Positions 26,267-38,321 of a stretch of DNA of 64,000 bases are shown here, piece after piece. The DNA comes from Gekko japonicus (lineage: Eukaryota), in assembly GCF_001447785.1 (NCBI RefSeq), contig NW_015177010.1, forward strand, positions 972,215 through 1,036,214, in the 5' to 3' direction. A model generated the notes under the pieces. The model ran no database searches and had not been told where the DNA came from. It saw nothing but the letters and a program-made list of their open reading frames with translations. Position 1 is the first letter of the stretch. Every line of letters starts with the position of its first letter. Both the position numbers and the translations under genes were made by a program.

Positions 26267-26506
26267 GCCAGCATGGTTGTGGTTAAGAGCAGTGGACCCT
26301 AATCTGGAGAACTGGGTTTGATTCCGCAGTCCTGCACATGAAGCCAGCTGGGTGACCTTGGGCCAGTCACAGTTCGCTCAGAACTCTCACTCAGCCCCAC
26401 CTACCTCACAAGGTGCCTGTTGTGGGGAGAGGAAGGGAAGGCAATTGTAATCCACTTTGAGACTCCTTAAAGTAGAGAAAACAGGGTATAAAACCTACTT
26501 TTCTTC
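26267..26506 (+). mobile_element. Squamate tRNA-derived SINE (Squam3-like)
   Basis: Homologous to the 4251 and 23369 copies. Confidence 0.8.
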
Positions 26507-27885
26507 TGCTTTATACTAAGTCATACCAGTCCAAGAGGCAAACACAAATTAGTCTGCAGAAATCATTGGCTTTCTCTAAATCCACGCTTCGGTTTTCAAG
26601 CACTTTAACTTAGCAGCCTTCCCCTGCTTGTCTTAAAGCAAATGATCCAACATGATGGTTTTCCAGCTTTAATTGTCACTGCATCCCGTTATCCCCTTTC
26701 CAGCTACAGTAGAAGACACTTCACCAACTTACCTACCCCAGATGCATCGATACATTTGGAGGCAATCTCATGATGACATGGTTGTTTCCAGTGAGACAGT
26801 ATGTAACACATTCTCTTCTGCATCACCTCCCCGCCTGCCCCAAAGCATTTCCTTTCTAGTTTGCAGTTAAACTGTTTCCTTTCTAGTCTGCAGTTAAACC
26901 ACTGCAGTTAAACTGTTGGGGGAAACCCTGGCCAACTCTGCAGTGTCAAAGAGTGTGTTAACAGCAATAAGGAGCTCAGGGTACAGGAACACAGACAGAC
27001 AAGAAGTGAGGGCAGCAATGGACGCAAGAGCCCATGGAACAAGATACGGTGGGATCACCTTGCAGTCAGGCTGACTGCAGTAACTCTGACAATCTGTAGA
27101 GTTTACTTATCAATCAACCAGTTCTGGTAGGTGAATGTCACTGTCTTTGAATCCGGTAGCTACATATGAAGAAGAAACGGCGGCAACTGTAAGTGGAAGA
27201 GATGCTCATCTGGTTATATAAAGACACATTTACTTCCTGTAGCATACACTCAGATTCATAAATGGGTTCCGGTTACCACCTACCTTTCAAAGAATAGTTC
27301 CTAATAAAAGCCAACACGGACTCAGTTATACTAAATAACAAAGAGAACTAAATTCAACAAAGGCAAATATGAATGATGCAGTGGGAGTAAGGGGGCATTA
27401 ATGGTCATGGCTTCTCTGCAAAAAAATCCTGGGAACTGTACTTGGGTGGAAATCTCAGGAGGAGAAGGGCTGACTTACCAATGGCATTTTTGGAGCCATT
27501 TAATCATCTGTCCTGCATTTCAAATTGGTCATGCCAGGTGGTATGGAAGATTAAAACCACAATAAATAATGACGTGTGGTAGAAGGTACATCAAAATATA
27601 TGGTTAAATGGTATGCACTTTCCATTTGCCATCTTTAGATCCCCTCACAGAATCACACAGGTCCGAAGGAAAAGGGAATGACTAGTAAAGCCAGTTTTAA
27701 GACTGAAATTAATATTTGCCCAGAGTACACCTCATGGTACATTTGCCTCAAGTGGGTTTCTAGAGAGGCAGTACGTACACTTTCTAAAACAAACAATCAC
27801 TGAGATGGGACAGAACAGCAACATTGCTATAGGTTTACGCTGGCCCAGAATCCCCAAATTTGAAAGACGTGCACAACTTTGGGAA

Positions 27886-28070
27886 GGAGCTGTGGCTCAG
27901 TGGTAGAGTATCTACTTAGCATGCAGAAGGTCCCAGGTACTAACCCCAGCATCTCCAGTTAAAAGGATCAGGTAGTATGTGCTGTTAAAGACCTATACAG
28001 CCCTGCTCCAGAGTAGACAATATTGAGCTTTATAGACCAACGGTGTGACTCAATATAAGGCACGTGTTCA
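27886..28070 (+). mobile_element. tRNA-derived SINE with CR1-like 3' end
   Basis: GTGGCTCAGTGGTAGAG..GCATGCAGAAGGTCCCAGG head. Homologous to 46431-46635 and 48052-48231. Confidence 0.72.
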
Positions 28071-28927
28071 ACTACAACATTTAATCTAGGGCCCCGGTCC
28101 TAAGCACCACAAGCAGAGACAAGGAAGATAACTCCCCCCCATCATTCTGTTTCAGGTCAGTGGACCAGGGGAAACAGTGTGGAAGCAAACTGGGAGTCTG
28201 CTGCAGGAAGGAGGAATTCTGCAAAAACCACCCTCCCCTCCTCTGAAAATGGAAAAGCAGTTCCATCAGAAAAAAGTTGCTTCTGCCCCCAACAGAATGG
28301 CTCCGCAGGGTCCATGCTTATGGCTCGCAATATGAAACTGAATTCAGGGTTGTTCTTTTCTACACTCAGCATCAAGTTATCCTTGTACAAGACTGGCCTA
28401 ACTAAATTCCAGCTCACACATTGTCCTGAGGCAGTGAGTCTATTAAAACTGAGTACTTTGAGAGGAACTTTGCTAGCAGTAACTGTCAGCAGGCACTAGG
28501 CAATCTGATAGTAACAGGCTATTGTGCCACTTGATGGGAACAGCACATTTGCTTGGTGAAGGCAGCATCTCACTGAACATCGCTACAGTGGAGTGAAATA
28601 CTAAAGCTTGACAGAATATGTACTTATGTCTGGTGTCAGTCATTCGCTTTGTGGAAGATTAACTGCATTTCACTTCAGAGGATATCGTTGCTGAATACTC
28701 ACATTCAGAGTATAACAAAGCAGAAAGTCACTAAAGATAGTCTTCAAAGGGGAAACCCAAATCCAAGCATCATATTGTTTGGGAAAGCATCAAATACTTA
28801 GAGCATGCAACCAAAGCAGGAGCAATAAATGATTGCTCCCATTATCAAAGAAGGTTTCAGGTGAGTAGCCATATTAGTCTGCAGTAGTCCAGTAGCATCT
28901 TGGAGGACAACAGGATTTACAGCATAC

Positions 28928-29224
28928 AGAAGAAGAAAAAGAAGAAGGAGAGAAGAGATTGGATTTATATCCCGCCCTTCACTACCCAAGCGAGTCTCAG
29001 AGCAGCTCACAAACTCCTTTCCCTTCCCCTCTGCACAACAGACACCCTGTGAGGTAGGTGGGACTGAGAGAGCTCTGACAGAAACTGCTCTTTTTCAAGA
29101 ACACCTCTGACAGAACTATGGCTTGCCCAAGGTCATCCAGCCAGGTGCATGTGGAGGAGTGGGAATTCAAACCCGGTTCTCCCAGATTAGAGTCCGCACA
29201 CTTAACCACTACACCAAACTGGCT
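28928..29224 (-). mobile_element. Squamate tRNA-derived SINE (Squam3-like, long subfamily)
   Basis: Reverse complement GCCAGTTTGGTGTAGTGGTTAAG...GGTTTGAATTCCC with a (TTC)n tail. Homologous to 51671-51929. Confidence 0.82.
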
Positions 29225-29339
29225 CTTTGGAGAGTCAGAAACAACTTTGGAGAGTCAAAGCTCCCTTTGCCAGATACCAAATATTATCAAAGAAATTGCG
29301 TATGTTCCTCTTTTAAGGAGAAAGTACTCATATGATTAG

Positions 29340-29688
29340 GAGCTGCGGTGGCTCAAGTGGTTAAGACGCTGAACTGCAGGCTGTGGAAGGTCAGTAGTTC
29401 AGCAGTTCAAGACCCGGGTGCCGCAAGGCAGGGTGAGCTCCTGTCTCTAGTTCCAGCTCCTGCCAACCTAGCAGTTCGAAAGCAAGAAATTGCAAGTAGA
29501 TAAATAGGTACCACTTCGGTGGGAAGGCAACAGCGTTCCGTGCGCCTTGGAGTTTAGTCATGCCGGCCACATGACCACGGAAACGTCTTCGGACAGCGCT
29601 GGCTCTTCGGCTTTGAAACGGAGATGAGCACCGCAACCCTAGAGTCGGATTCGACTGGCTTTCGAGCAAGGGAACCTTTACCTTTTTT
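29340..29688 (+). mobile_element. Sauria SINE, full length
   Basis: Near-identical to 8421-8771. Perfect TSD TACTCATATGATTAG (29325-29339 and 29689-29703). Confidence 0.92.
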
Positions 29689-31496
29689 TACTCATATGAT
29701 TAGAGAAACAATCTGATCCTGCAATCCCTTCAGGCCACAGGTGTACACACACACAGAGCTGCTTTCCACCTTTGCTGCCAATGGCAATCTAAACATACAG
29801 CTCCACACATTGCAGTCTACATTCCTTCTTTTCTTTTGTTCTTGGACTATTAGGATCATAAATATTTCGGAGCTATGACCTTAGCAGCAAACCAGGAGGT
29901 CACGGAGATGTGATAACAAGCTGGCTTTTCCATACTCAAATGCTCTCCCGGACATTCTCATACATTATGATTGGGTGTATCTGTGTTGTATGCTAGATAG
30001 ATAACCTGTAAAGCACAAGTACTTGTGACAGAGTACTACTGACTGAAATATGTATTTGTGTCTGATTGATATCTTCTGAATGCTTTCAGCTGGCACAACA
30101 TCCTCCTAAAGTGTCTTCCCACTTGGCAAGCAGCCTCTGGTCTGGCTATGTTCGGGGGGGGGGGGTTGTAGGTGTTTCTTTAGCTCTGGCAGTGCCCTGG
30201 GTGCTGCCTGAGACACATCTGTTCCATGAGGACATAGTTTGAAATCAGTTTTCATCCACAGTGATTCGTTTGTTCCTGTATTTGAGATCACTGATGACGA
30301 AGAAGGCAACTAACAACAGTGTTTTTGTCTTAATCCGACCAGACAATGATGCAATAGTCAAAAACAATTTGTATTTCTTGACACAGGTCAGTCCAGTACT
30401 TATTTGCATAGTCTGGCTGCCTTGTAGTCATAGTCAGTCATCTTTGATGACTGGAGTCACCTGAATGCTTTGGCGGCTGAATTCATATTTTAAAGTGTCT
30501 TTGTTGCTTCAGCAAGTGACACAATTCCATGTGAGTAGGCACCAAGCCAGGCCTTCCTAAAGGATTTCATCCTGGCAAATCAGGTCACCAAACTCCAAGT
30601 GGGACCTGGAGTTCTCCCAGAATTACAACTGATCTCCAGGCTACAGAGATCAGCTCCCCTGAAGAAAATGGCAGCTCCATCACACTCTCACTGAGGTCCC
30701 TCCCCTCCACAAACTCAGCTCTCCCTAGGTGCCACCCCCATATCTCCAGGAATTTCCCAAGCCAGAGCTGGCAACCCTGGGCCAAAGGTATCTGTGCAGC
30801 TGTCTCACATGACTGCTTTTAAAAGAGCCCCGGAGTTCCCATGTGTGACCTTTGAATCTTCTGATAGGTACTGTCTACTTAATAGTCTAGAGAACTGAAT
30901 ACATCTTTCAGACTTTCACACAAAGAGCATTGAAGACATGGGTTATTTAGATGTATATTATATCTTTCAAGGTTGCACTTTGACCCTCCTGCAAACAAAG
31001 GAATGGTCAGCGCTTTAGCAATTGCAATGTGAAGTAAACTGGATGAGAGACCCAACATCCCTAGGACTGATTCCAAAACAACTAACTTCTCAAAATAATT
31101 CCAGACCTGACACTGGGAACTCTGGCCTTGAATAAGACTCTGAACATAGTTGTTCTATTGTACCGACTATGAACTGACCACATAAAAGTAGTCTGGGTAT
31201 GCTCCCCATGGTTTGGAGCCATCTGAGCGCTTGTGCTGGTGGATTTCCACCCACAGAACATGACCATCTCACTTCCTTCCTCCCACCACAGCCCAAAAAT
31301 GTTCCCCAAAATGCTGCTCCTGTGGTATAGTGGTCCCCCAGGAATCACATTGGAGGAGGGACATTATGGGCTGTAGCCAGAGGCAAGAAGATCCACGGGT
31401 AGGTTGATTTCTGTCCATGGCAATGCTCAGCTCCAAGTCCATAAGTAGTGAGTGCTCTACACAGTTGATAACATTCTATGTAACAAGAGTAGTGGT

Positions 31497-31670
31497 AGAA
31501 CAAAGTTTGAGTCCAGTGGCACCTTTAAGACCAACGAAGTTTTATTCAAGGTTTTATTCAAGTGTGCATGCACGTGAAAGCTTATACTGTGAATAAAACT
31601 TTGTTGGTCTTAAAGGTGCCACTGAACTCAAACTTTGGTCTTCAGACCAACACAGCTACCCAACTGAATT
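31497..31670. mobile_element. Penelope-like element terminal remnant in inverted (palindromic) arrangement
   Basis: 48-bp arms at 31501-31548 and 31590-31637 (2 mismatches) flank the partial hammerhead GTGTGCATGCACGTGAAAGCTTATAC. Confidence 0.72.
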
Positions 31671-33504
31671 TATCTTCATGGAAGAGTAGTGGTGTATAAA
31701 AAATCTACTGGACCTAAAATTACTTTGAAGCACACACACACACACAAATCATACAAATGCACCACTATCACATTACACATATCTCACTATGTCCTGGCAT
31801 TGGCAATAACCCTGGTTCAGCTTAAGCCCTGATGTAAAGGTTTATTCTACAGAACATACATATCCTCTTTGCCTGTTATATGCAAAGCAAGTACCTTTTC
31901 TTATTGGTGCCCAAATGGTTTGTGAGGATAGAAAGTGCTTTATCTCCTTTATAGTCCCTTCAGAAACAAAGAAACTTCAAGGCAGGAAATAAGGACCTGA
32001 TCCTCAGAAAGCAGCTGAGTTTTGTGCTAGGGCTAGGCTGTTACATGCACACAGTCAGAAGAATGCAATGCTATTAAAAATGTCTGGTCTCCACAATGTG
32101 GCTAAATGTGTCACTTGGTTGCTTTTATACCAAATTAAAAGCTAAAGCTCCAGTATTATTTCAACATTAAAAGGAAGAAAAGCTACCCTCTAGCAGATAT
32201 GTGTCACTTGAATTCTGTTCAGAAAGTGACTGATCAGTTTTCAAAGTTGGGCACAAAGGGCCATTATAAAACACCCAGTTATAAATGCTGTACCTATTAT
32301 ATTCCTAGTTAAGGGAGGAAAGGGACAGACATCTTAGGGCCTACCGATGTGAGATCAGCAGGGGGGTTGCACACATAAAGTTAAACTCTGATTCTGTATT
32401 CCTAAGGTGTAAATATAGCATTAGAAATTGTGCAAATACAGGCAAACAAACTAACAAGTTGGAAAATTTGCAATTGACTAATTCCTGAACAGTGTTTAGC
32501 AAAGTCTAGCTCAAGGGGAACTAACATTTCTGGCATGTGTTCTACAACTCATATCCAAAGAATGAAACAGTATACTCTCATACACGGGACATACAGCATC
32601 TTTCCCCCTGACTAGGGGTGATTTGGCTCCTTACCTAACTATCAAGCAGTAAATATTACAGGAGAGACCAGCAGGAGTAGGTGCCACAGCTGGGACTCCT
32701 GCCCCTAACCATTTCTTCTCTAGCTTGTAATGTGTGTCCAAAGGATCGCTAAAGAAACTTCTGCAAGAAAATTTTGCAATATATGTCTATATATCTAATA
32801 GGTAAACCTCCTCCCCTTTCTCCCCATGGCCCAGAGGCAAACTGAGGCTTCACAAGCTTGCAGGTTGCATTTCATTAACAGACGGAGCCCAGTGAGCTCT
32901 GTCTTGTCTGCTTGAGCAACATTACATTACACTTCTGGTGCCAGGTGAATGCAAATTCACAACAGTTCCCAAATTTCAATAAACCACGCCTTCTGTTGAC
33001 TACCTAAGCAAGATAGCCCCTTTCTTTATAGATACAGTTGGCACTGGGAGGGACGAAACAGTTGTCTTCTCTCACCTTATGTAACGTGCACAGGTTTCTC
33101 AATGCCCAAAGTGCAATGGGAGCAGGTTGCTCCAGGCTAGTAGCAGAAGGACTATTCAGGGTCTAAGGCCTCTTGCAAAATGTTTATGATTGACTCTGAA
33201 GAAAGCAGAGGATTTCTTTAAATTAACTGTCCAACTTTGTATTCTTCTAGACAGTTCAAGAATTATTTACCTCAGAGAAAAATTGTGGCTCTACCTAATA
33301 AGTCATGCAATCTATTTCATACTTTTAGTAGACTCACCCAATGGACGGGGAACCCTTTTCAGCTACCGCAATATGTGTAGTTTTCAAGTTCATAAGCCCC
33401 CTCCCTTCACACATACAAGCACGCTATGTTATTTGTAGGACTCTTACAAAAAACTAGAAGACTATGATTCGACTTTGGTAACACCTTAGAGGCCACCAAG
33501 ATGG

Positions 33505-33900
33505 AAAAGGTATCTGAAGAAGGGAGCTTTGAATCTCAAACGCTCATACCCTGAAACTCTTGTTGGTCTCTAAGGGGATACAGGACTTGAATCTAAATAT
33601 TCTACTGCAGACAACCAACACGGCTACCCTCTGAAACTAGAACACTATGATATATTCAGGTGGGAAGTTGTGTTGGCCTGAAGCAGCAGAACACAGTTTG
33701 AGTCCAGTGGCCAACAAAGTTTTATTCAAAGTGTAAGCTTTCATGTGCATGCACACTTCTTCTGAAGAAGTGTGTATGCACACAAAAGGTTACACTTTGA
33801 ATAAAACGTCTTCTGAAGAAGTGTGTATGCACATGAAAACTTATACCCAGAATAAAACTTTGTTGGTCTTAAAGGGGCCACTGGACTCAAACTTCGTTCT
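33505..33900. mobile_element. Cluster of Penelope-like terminal remnants (two subfamilies) with hammerhead motifs
   Basis: Three CTGAAGAAG-stem-(G)AAA motifs, each followed by a shared AAAC..TTGTTGGTCT..AAGG..C.AC.GGACT tail or part of it. Direct and inverted copies. Confidence 0.7.
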
Positions 33901-33975
33901 AGAACACAATGAGACAGTCTCCTGCCCCCCGTTTTGGTAGTGGCCAAGGCAACCCCAAAACATACTGCTGTTTGT

Positions 33976-34100
33976 TAGGTTTCCCTTGCTCGAAAGCTAG
34001 TTGAATCCAACTCTAGGGTTGCGGTGCTCATCTCCGTTTCCAAGCCAAAGAGAGCCAGCATTGTTCGAAGAAGTTTCCGTGGTCATGTGGCCGGCGTGAC
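33976..34100 (-). mobile_element. Sauria SINE 3' fragment
   Basis: Reverse complement of the 3' 125 nt of the 8421 copy (CTCTAGGGTTGCGGTGCTCATCTCCGTTTC). Confidence 0.85.
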
Positions 34101-34221
34101 TAAACTTTCTTTGCATTCACACTATAATATGCTTTAAACACCACAATTTTAATATCATATTTTGATTGAAAATGTTTTGAAAAGCTTGTAACTTCTTTTT
34201 CTTCAACAGCTTCCTTTATAC

Positions 34222-34514
34222 CAGGGGTGGCCAAACTTCCGCAACGTAAGAGCCACATAGAATAAGCGTCAGATGTATGACAGCCACAAGACATGGACAA
34301 ATATTACACGTTTTTACTGGGAAATATGCAAATTTGCTTTTTATTAGCATCCAATGAGACTTCCAAAAATGATAACAAAAGCGGTAAAAGCAGATATTGA
34401 TAATGATGCTTATTTGTCCAATGATATTTGTTTGCTAATGATATTTAGCTTCCCCAGCCGCCCTGCCGGAAGCCGCACAATAGGTATGAAAGAGCCGCAG
34501 TCTGGCCACCCCTG
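34222..34514. mobile_element. hAT (Charlie-like) MITE
   Basis: TIRs CAGGGGTGGCCAAACT / AGTCTGGCCACCCCTG. 8-bp TSD CTTTATAC / CTTTATAT. Confidence 0.85.
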
Positions 34515-35024
34515 CTTTATATATACAGGAACAATCTACATTCCATATGAAACAATCCAGCACTATTAAAATCTATGGAAGCATCAAGACACTGTGGATT
34601 CGTGCTCCCTGCCTCATCCCTCAGAGGCCGTCTCTAAGCCACCATGATCCTCCTTCTGTTACAATGAAGGTGGATTGCCTGAAACCCTACACTGGGATAT
34701 TACATAGCAAGGCCTCCCCAAAGTGCTTACCTACATCCTGCATCCTCAGCTATCCTTGGGTGGCCGTAAGAACATCAATTTTTAATTACGGTATGCACTA
34801 ATTTCATAATTGCGGGAAATTAACAGTGTTATCTTTAAACTGATAAGATGAATCCGGTCCTTGTTATAACATTGCACAAAATTATAGCGCTGTACAAAAC
34901 AGGTTTCCAGAAATGTTTGTAGTTACCTTTATTTTTATGCTTGAGTTTGTTTTTTTTAGAACACAATGTACATTTTTAAACGTTGTAATTTATTCCACAG
35001 CCAATTATCAAATCAAACAACATC

Positions 35025-37465
35025 ATGGTGAGAGATGTAAAAGTGATTGCACCGCTTGGAAACAGTGATCATAATGTTGTTGAGTTCATCATTTGTACAA
35101 ATAGAGAATTGGCCAAAAAGACTCACACAACCATTTTTAACTTTAAAAGGGGTAATTTCTCTGATATGAGGGGACACGTGGGGAGGAAACTGAAAGGAAA
35201 AGTAGAAAGGGTCAAAACAATTGGGGAAGCTTGGGATCTATTTAAAACTACGATCCTAGAAGCTCAAAAAATATATATTCCGCAGGTTAGGAAAGGCACA
35301 AACAGGTATAGGAAAAAGCCTGCATGGTTAACAAACAGAGTAATGGAGGCTGTAAAAAGTAAAAAGAATTCCTTTAAGCAGTGGAAAGCTAGTCACAGTG
35401 AGGCTGATAAAACGGAACACAGGCTATGGCAAATAAAATGCAAGTCTGAGGTCAGGCAGGCAAAAAGGGAATATGAGGAGCATATAGCAAAAAACGTAAA
35501 AACCAACAATAAAACTTTCTTCAAATACATTAGAAACAGGAAACCAGCCAGGGAGGCAGTGGGGCCCTTGGACGACCAAGGGGTAAAAGGAGTATTGAAG
35601 GATGATAGGGAAATGGCTGAGAAGCTAAATGCATTTTTTGCCTCCGTCTTCACTGTGGAAGATGAGAAGTGCTTGCCCACTCCAGAACCACTGATTTCAG
35701 GAGGGGTGTTGGAAGACCTGAGTCAGATTGAGGTGACGAGAGAGGAGGTCCTAAAACTGATAGACAACTTAAAAACTGAAAAATCACCAGGCCCAGATGG
35801 CATACATCCGAGAGTTCTGAAAGAACTCAAATGTGAACTTGTAGATCTCCTGACAAAGATATGTAATCTTTCCTTAAAATCTGCCTCCATTCCTGAGGAT
35901 TGGAAGGTAGCTAATGTCACTCCCATCTTTAAAAAGGGTTCCAGAGGAGATCCGGGAAATTACAGGCCAGTCAGTCTGACGTCGATACCGGGTAAATTGG
36001 TGGAAACCATTATTAAGGAAAGAATTAGTAGGCACATAGATGAACAAAACCTATTGAGGCAGACTCAGCACGGTTTCTGTAAGGGAAGATCTTGTCTCAC
36101 TAACCTGTTAGTGTTCTTTGAGGGGGTGAACAAACATGTGGACAAGGGGGATCCAATAGATATTATTTACCTTGACTTCCAGAAAGCTTTTGATAAAGTT
36201 CCTCATCAAAGGCTCCTAAGTAAGCTCAAAAATCATGGGATAGAAGGACAAGTCCTTTTATGGATCAAAAACTGGCTAGTTCATAGAAAACAGAGAGTGA
36301 GTGTAGGTGGGCAATTTTCTCAGTGGAGGGTGGTAAGCAGTGGGGTACCGCAGGGATCAGTACTTGGTCCACTGCTTTTTAACTTGTTCATTAATGATTT
36401 GGAGATGGGAGTAAGCAGTGAAGTGGCTAAATTTGCGGATGATACAAAGTTGTTCAGGGTGGTGAAAACCAGTGAGGATTGTGAGGCACTCCAAGGGGAT
36501 CTGTCAAGGATGGGCGAGTGGGCGTCAACATGGCAAATGGGGTTCAATGTGGCCAAGTGCAAGGTGATGCACATTGGAGCCAAAAATCCTAAATATAAAT
36601 ACACATTGATGGGGTCTGAACTGGCAGAGACTGAGCAAGAGAGAGATCTTGGAGTTGTAGTGGATAACTCACTGAAAATGTCGAGACAGTGTGTGACTGC
36701 AATAAAGAAGGCCAATGCTATGCTGGGGATTATTAGGAAGGGTATTGAAAACAGATCAGCCAATATAATAATGCCCCTATATAAATCAATGGTGAGACCT
36801 CATTTGGAATACTGTGTGCAGTTCTGGGCACCACACCTTAAAAAGGATATTATAGCTTTGGAAAAAGTGCAGAAAAGGGCAACTCGAATGATAAAAGGGT
36901 TGGAACACTTTCCCTATGAGGAAAGGTTAAAGCGCTTAGGGCTCTTTAGCTTGGAGAAAAGACGACTGAGGGGTGACATGATCGAGGTTTATAAGATTAT
37001 GCATGGGAAAGAGCAGGTAAAGAAAGAGGTACTTTTCTCCCTTTCTCACAATACAAGAACTCGTGGGCACTCCATGAAACTGCAGAGCGGTCGGGTTAGA
37101 ACGGATAAAAGGAAGTACTTCTTCACCCAAAGAGTGATTAACACATGGAATTCACTGCCACAGGAAGTGGTGGGTGCTACAAGCATGGACGGCTTCAAAA
37201 GGGAATTAGATAAGCATATGGAGCAGAGGTCCATCAGTGGCTATTAGCCACAAGGTATAGCTAGGGGCTCTGGGGCAAGTGATGCTCTGTCTTCTTGGTG
37301 CTTGGGGGGGGGGTCAACAGTGGGAGGGCTTCTAATGTCCTGGCCCCACTGCTGGACCTCCTGATGGCACTGGTATTTCTGGCCACTGTGTGACACAGAG
37401 TGTTGGACTGGATGGGCCTTTGGCCTGATCCAACATTGGCGTCTCTTATGTTCTTATGTTCTTAT
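35025..37465 (+). mobile_element. 5'-truncated young CR1 LINE with an unbroken 740-aa ORF2 portion (35025-37247): end of APE endonuclease, full RT and C-terminus, plus 3' UTR
   Basis: LGNSDH endonuclease motif, KSPGPDGIHP, NYRPVSLTS, QHGF, LDFQKAFD, GVPQGSVLGP and FADD. (TTATGTTC)n tail. Confidence 0.97.
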
Positions 37466-37724
37466 TTTTATTATGAACCAAGCATAATACTGGTATTGTG
37501 TATCAGCAAGTAATCCCTTGCTCAAGGAGTTTATGAGAAGTTAAAGGGATATCTTCACGGCTACATACTTTCTTTTGGACCTGTAAATAACTATTTGTCT
37601 GCTCATCTCTGATAAATTAACTCCAGGTGATCAGGTAGGGAAGTGTTTGCAAACTGGGTAGACTCAGATGAAGAGCAATCTCTTCCTATATAAGCTCATG
37701 TGGCAACTCTGCTCCTTCAAGCAG

Positions 37725-38050
37725 CAGCCTCTCCCCATGCCATCCTACAGAGGTCTGACCTATGGTGGCCCATCCAAGGGCATTTCCAGTAGCCGCCTCA
37801 GGTCTTTGGAACAGGCTGCTATTGGAAGTTAAAAACTGCCCTGCCTTATCTGTTCTTTGGTTGTTGTTGTTGTTTTTTGAAAGGACACAAGAATGCACTG
37901 TTTTGGAGGACCTTCTGATTTTGCTTCTGTTTGCACTTAATAAGGATACTAGTTGTGATGGTGATTATGGTTTTGTGCTTCATTGTTATTACGTACATTT
38001 TTGAGTATATTTTGGTTGGGGATAGCTGTTCTTAAATATTTAAATAACTA
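37725..38050 (+). mobile_element. Old L2 3' fragment
   Basis: Translation RAFPVAASGLWNRLLLEVK resembles the L2 C-terminus. Confidence 0.5.
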
Positions 38051-38152
38051 ATTTTTCCTCTTTTTTCAGAATATGCATCACACACTTACATTGCTCAGTC
38101 CCATAGCTAGTGATTTTTTGCNNNNNNNNNNNNNNNNNNNNNNNNNNNNNNN

Positions 38153-38321
38153 GGGGGAGTTAGTATGAGCTGGCTCACATATTTTTGCCTTAGCTCAGGA
38201 AGGGTGGCTCCAGAGCAAACTAATTTATGCAGTAGCCAAGTCGCTCACTCACAACTTTAATTCCAGTAGCTCACAAAGCAGAATTTTTGCTCACAAGACT
38301 CCACAGCTTAGAGGGAGCTTT
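38153..38321. mobile_element. hAT MITE, partial (left end in the N gap)
   Basis: Homologous to 62833-63038. Ends CAGCTTAGAGGGAGCTTTG. Confidence 0.75.

Noticed and set aside
27107-27186. Possible minus-strand cassette exon (ttacag acceptor, gtaaac donor)
   Set aside because: Weak donor, 80-nt frameshifting length and no BTBD11 similarity.
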